This document shows, piece after piece, positions 26,128 through 27,049 of a stretch of DNA of 27,049 nt. The translations under genes were made by a program, and so were the position numbers. This DNA comes from Candidatus Woesearchaeota archaeon (GTDB lineage Archaea; Nanobdellota; Nanobdellia; SCGC-AAA011-G17; GW2011-AR17). Under the pieces are notes generated by a model. The model searched no databases, had not been told where the DNA came from, and worked only from the letters and a program-made list of their open reading frames with translations. Every line of letters begins with the position of its first letter. Position 1 is the first letter of the stretch. Where the stretch lies: assembly GCA_964485975.1 (NCBI GenBank), contig CAZAKS010000001.1:1-27049 (forward strand), read 5' to 3'.

Positions 26128-27048
26128 TTATTGGTTTTCATATTTTTCTAGTTCTTTATTTAATACCACAAGTTCAACACCTGCCTGTATAAACATTTCT
26201 CTTGTGTCTTTTGCTGCATGATACATTTTGTCACAAACTACTCTTTTTATTCCTGAGTTTATAATTGATTTAGCACATACGGAACAGGGTTCAAACTTTG
26301 TATACATTGTTGCACCATCTACTGCTATTCCATGTCTTGCTGCATTACAAATAGCATTCATCTCTGAATGAGCTGTTCTTACACAGTGTTGTGATACTTC
26401 TCCATTTTCATGTACTGTCTTTTTTATTTGGTGGCCAACTTCATCACAATGAGATAGTCCTTTTGGAGAACCAACATAACCAGTTGCTAGTATTCTCTTA
26501 TCTTTTACAATAACACAACCAGTTCTTCCCCTATCACAGGTTCCTCTTTTTGCTACTTGTTGCATTATTCCTAGGAAGTATTCATCCCATGTGGGTCTTT
26601 TATATTCTTTTTCTGTTCCTTCAATATTATCAATAACTTGATTTGTTTCTTTTTTTATGTCCTCAATTGATGAAGTATTGTTTAGTAAATAATCTGCCAT
26701 TGCAATTGGTCCTCCTTTATCACTATTCTCAATTTCTGAAAGATCTCTTGATCTTGCTTCTTCAATTGAAAAATGGTGATTTCTTAGATTTTGATCATTT
26801 TTGTCTGGTTGTCTTTTTGATAATCTTTCATATCTCACTTTAGGTGGGGCATATACAGCAATTACTTTCATATCTGGAAATTTTTGTTTTAAAATTTTAT
26901 ATTCATCCCAAGAATATAGGCCATCACCTACAACATTACCCTTTTGTAACAATTCTTCTATTTTGGGTAGGTTTAGAGTTGCAAATCCACCCATTCCATG
27001 TTGTTGTCTAATTGCTTCTCTTATTTTTTTTTGATTTTCTTCATTTGG
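26128..27048 (-). CDS. Fusion of a nucleotide-kinase-like (dephospho-CoA/adenylate kinase-like) domain and dCMP deaminase; 5' end outside the window
   Basis: Frame stays open upstream of the listed ATG to the window end (PNEENQKKIREAIRQQHGM...). Kinase-like VVGDG...RYERLSKR...DYLLNN. Deaminase RPTWDEYF, HSE and PCSVC. Confidence 0.85.
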   Translation of the reverse strand, partial: PNEENQKKIREAIRQQHGMGGFATLNLPKIEELLQKGNVVGDGLYSWDEYKILKQKFPDMKVIAVYAPPKVRYERLSKRQPDKNDQNLRNHHFSIEEARSRDLSEIENSDKGGPIAMADYLLNNTSSIEDIKKETNQVIDNIEGTEKEYKRPTWDEYFLGIMQQVAKRGTCDRGRTGCVIVKDKRILATGYVGSPKGLSHCDEVGHQIKKTVHENGEVSQHCVRTAHSEMNAICNAARHGIAVDGATMYTKFEPCSVCAKSIINSGIKRVVCDKMYHAAKDTREMFIQAGVELVVLNKELEKYENQ

Positions 27049-27049
27049 T

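Noticed and set aside
1189-27034. Antisense or nested ORFs in the track (e.g. 1189-1476, 1518-1712, 1730-2095, 2257-2529, 8858-9133, 9948-10130, 10684-10956, 11565-11789, 13119-13310, 13565-13855, 16017-16220, 18755-18958, 19354-19569, 19999-20187, 21124-21321, 21849-22106, 22061-22243, 22482-22697, 23225-23413, 24320-24502, 24631-25008, 25456-25653, 26643-26843, 26801-27034)
   Set aside because: They shadow well-supported genes or repeat DNA, have the F/L/S-rich composition typical of antisense frames, and carry no motifs.

Overview
AT-rich, gene-dense archaeal chromosome segment that looks like DPANN (Woesearchaeota/Pacearchaeota-like). This call rests on archaeal-type TyrRS, Hef and a PRC-barrel protein, on TATA boxes about 22-25 nt before ATG (leaderless genes), and on many small conserved-looking hypotheticals. 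Housekeeping genes: Hef helicase-nuclease, tyrS, argS, thpR, agmatinase-like enzyme, TraB, a TctA-type permease, a CBS protein with a CPA2 antiporter, a NUDIX hydrolase and a kinase-dCMP deaminase fusion. No rRNA, complete tRNA or CRISPR array was seen. The most notable region is 20975-23530. There a Xer-type tyrosine recombinase is followed by two related coiled-coil/winged-helix genes set among phased repeats. The motif AGTGAATAA occurs both in the intergenic array and three times inside the second gene's coding linker, so this is a candidate iteron-based origin or partition locus. Other notable items: (1) a secreted Cys-rich metzincin gene split by one in-frame TAG and flanked by identical 17-bp promoter-containing direct repeats; (2) an ATATAT array with exact 16-bp spacing before a PadR gene; (3) three tandem paralogous membrane proteins next to a PRC-barrel gene; (4) a 36-aa zinc-finger ORF missing from the ORF track; (5) a membrane-anchored JAMM protein; (6) a site-2-protease homolog lacking HExxH; (7) a 51-nt GC-rich structured element. 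All family assignments come from motif recognition, not database searches.
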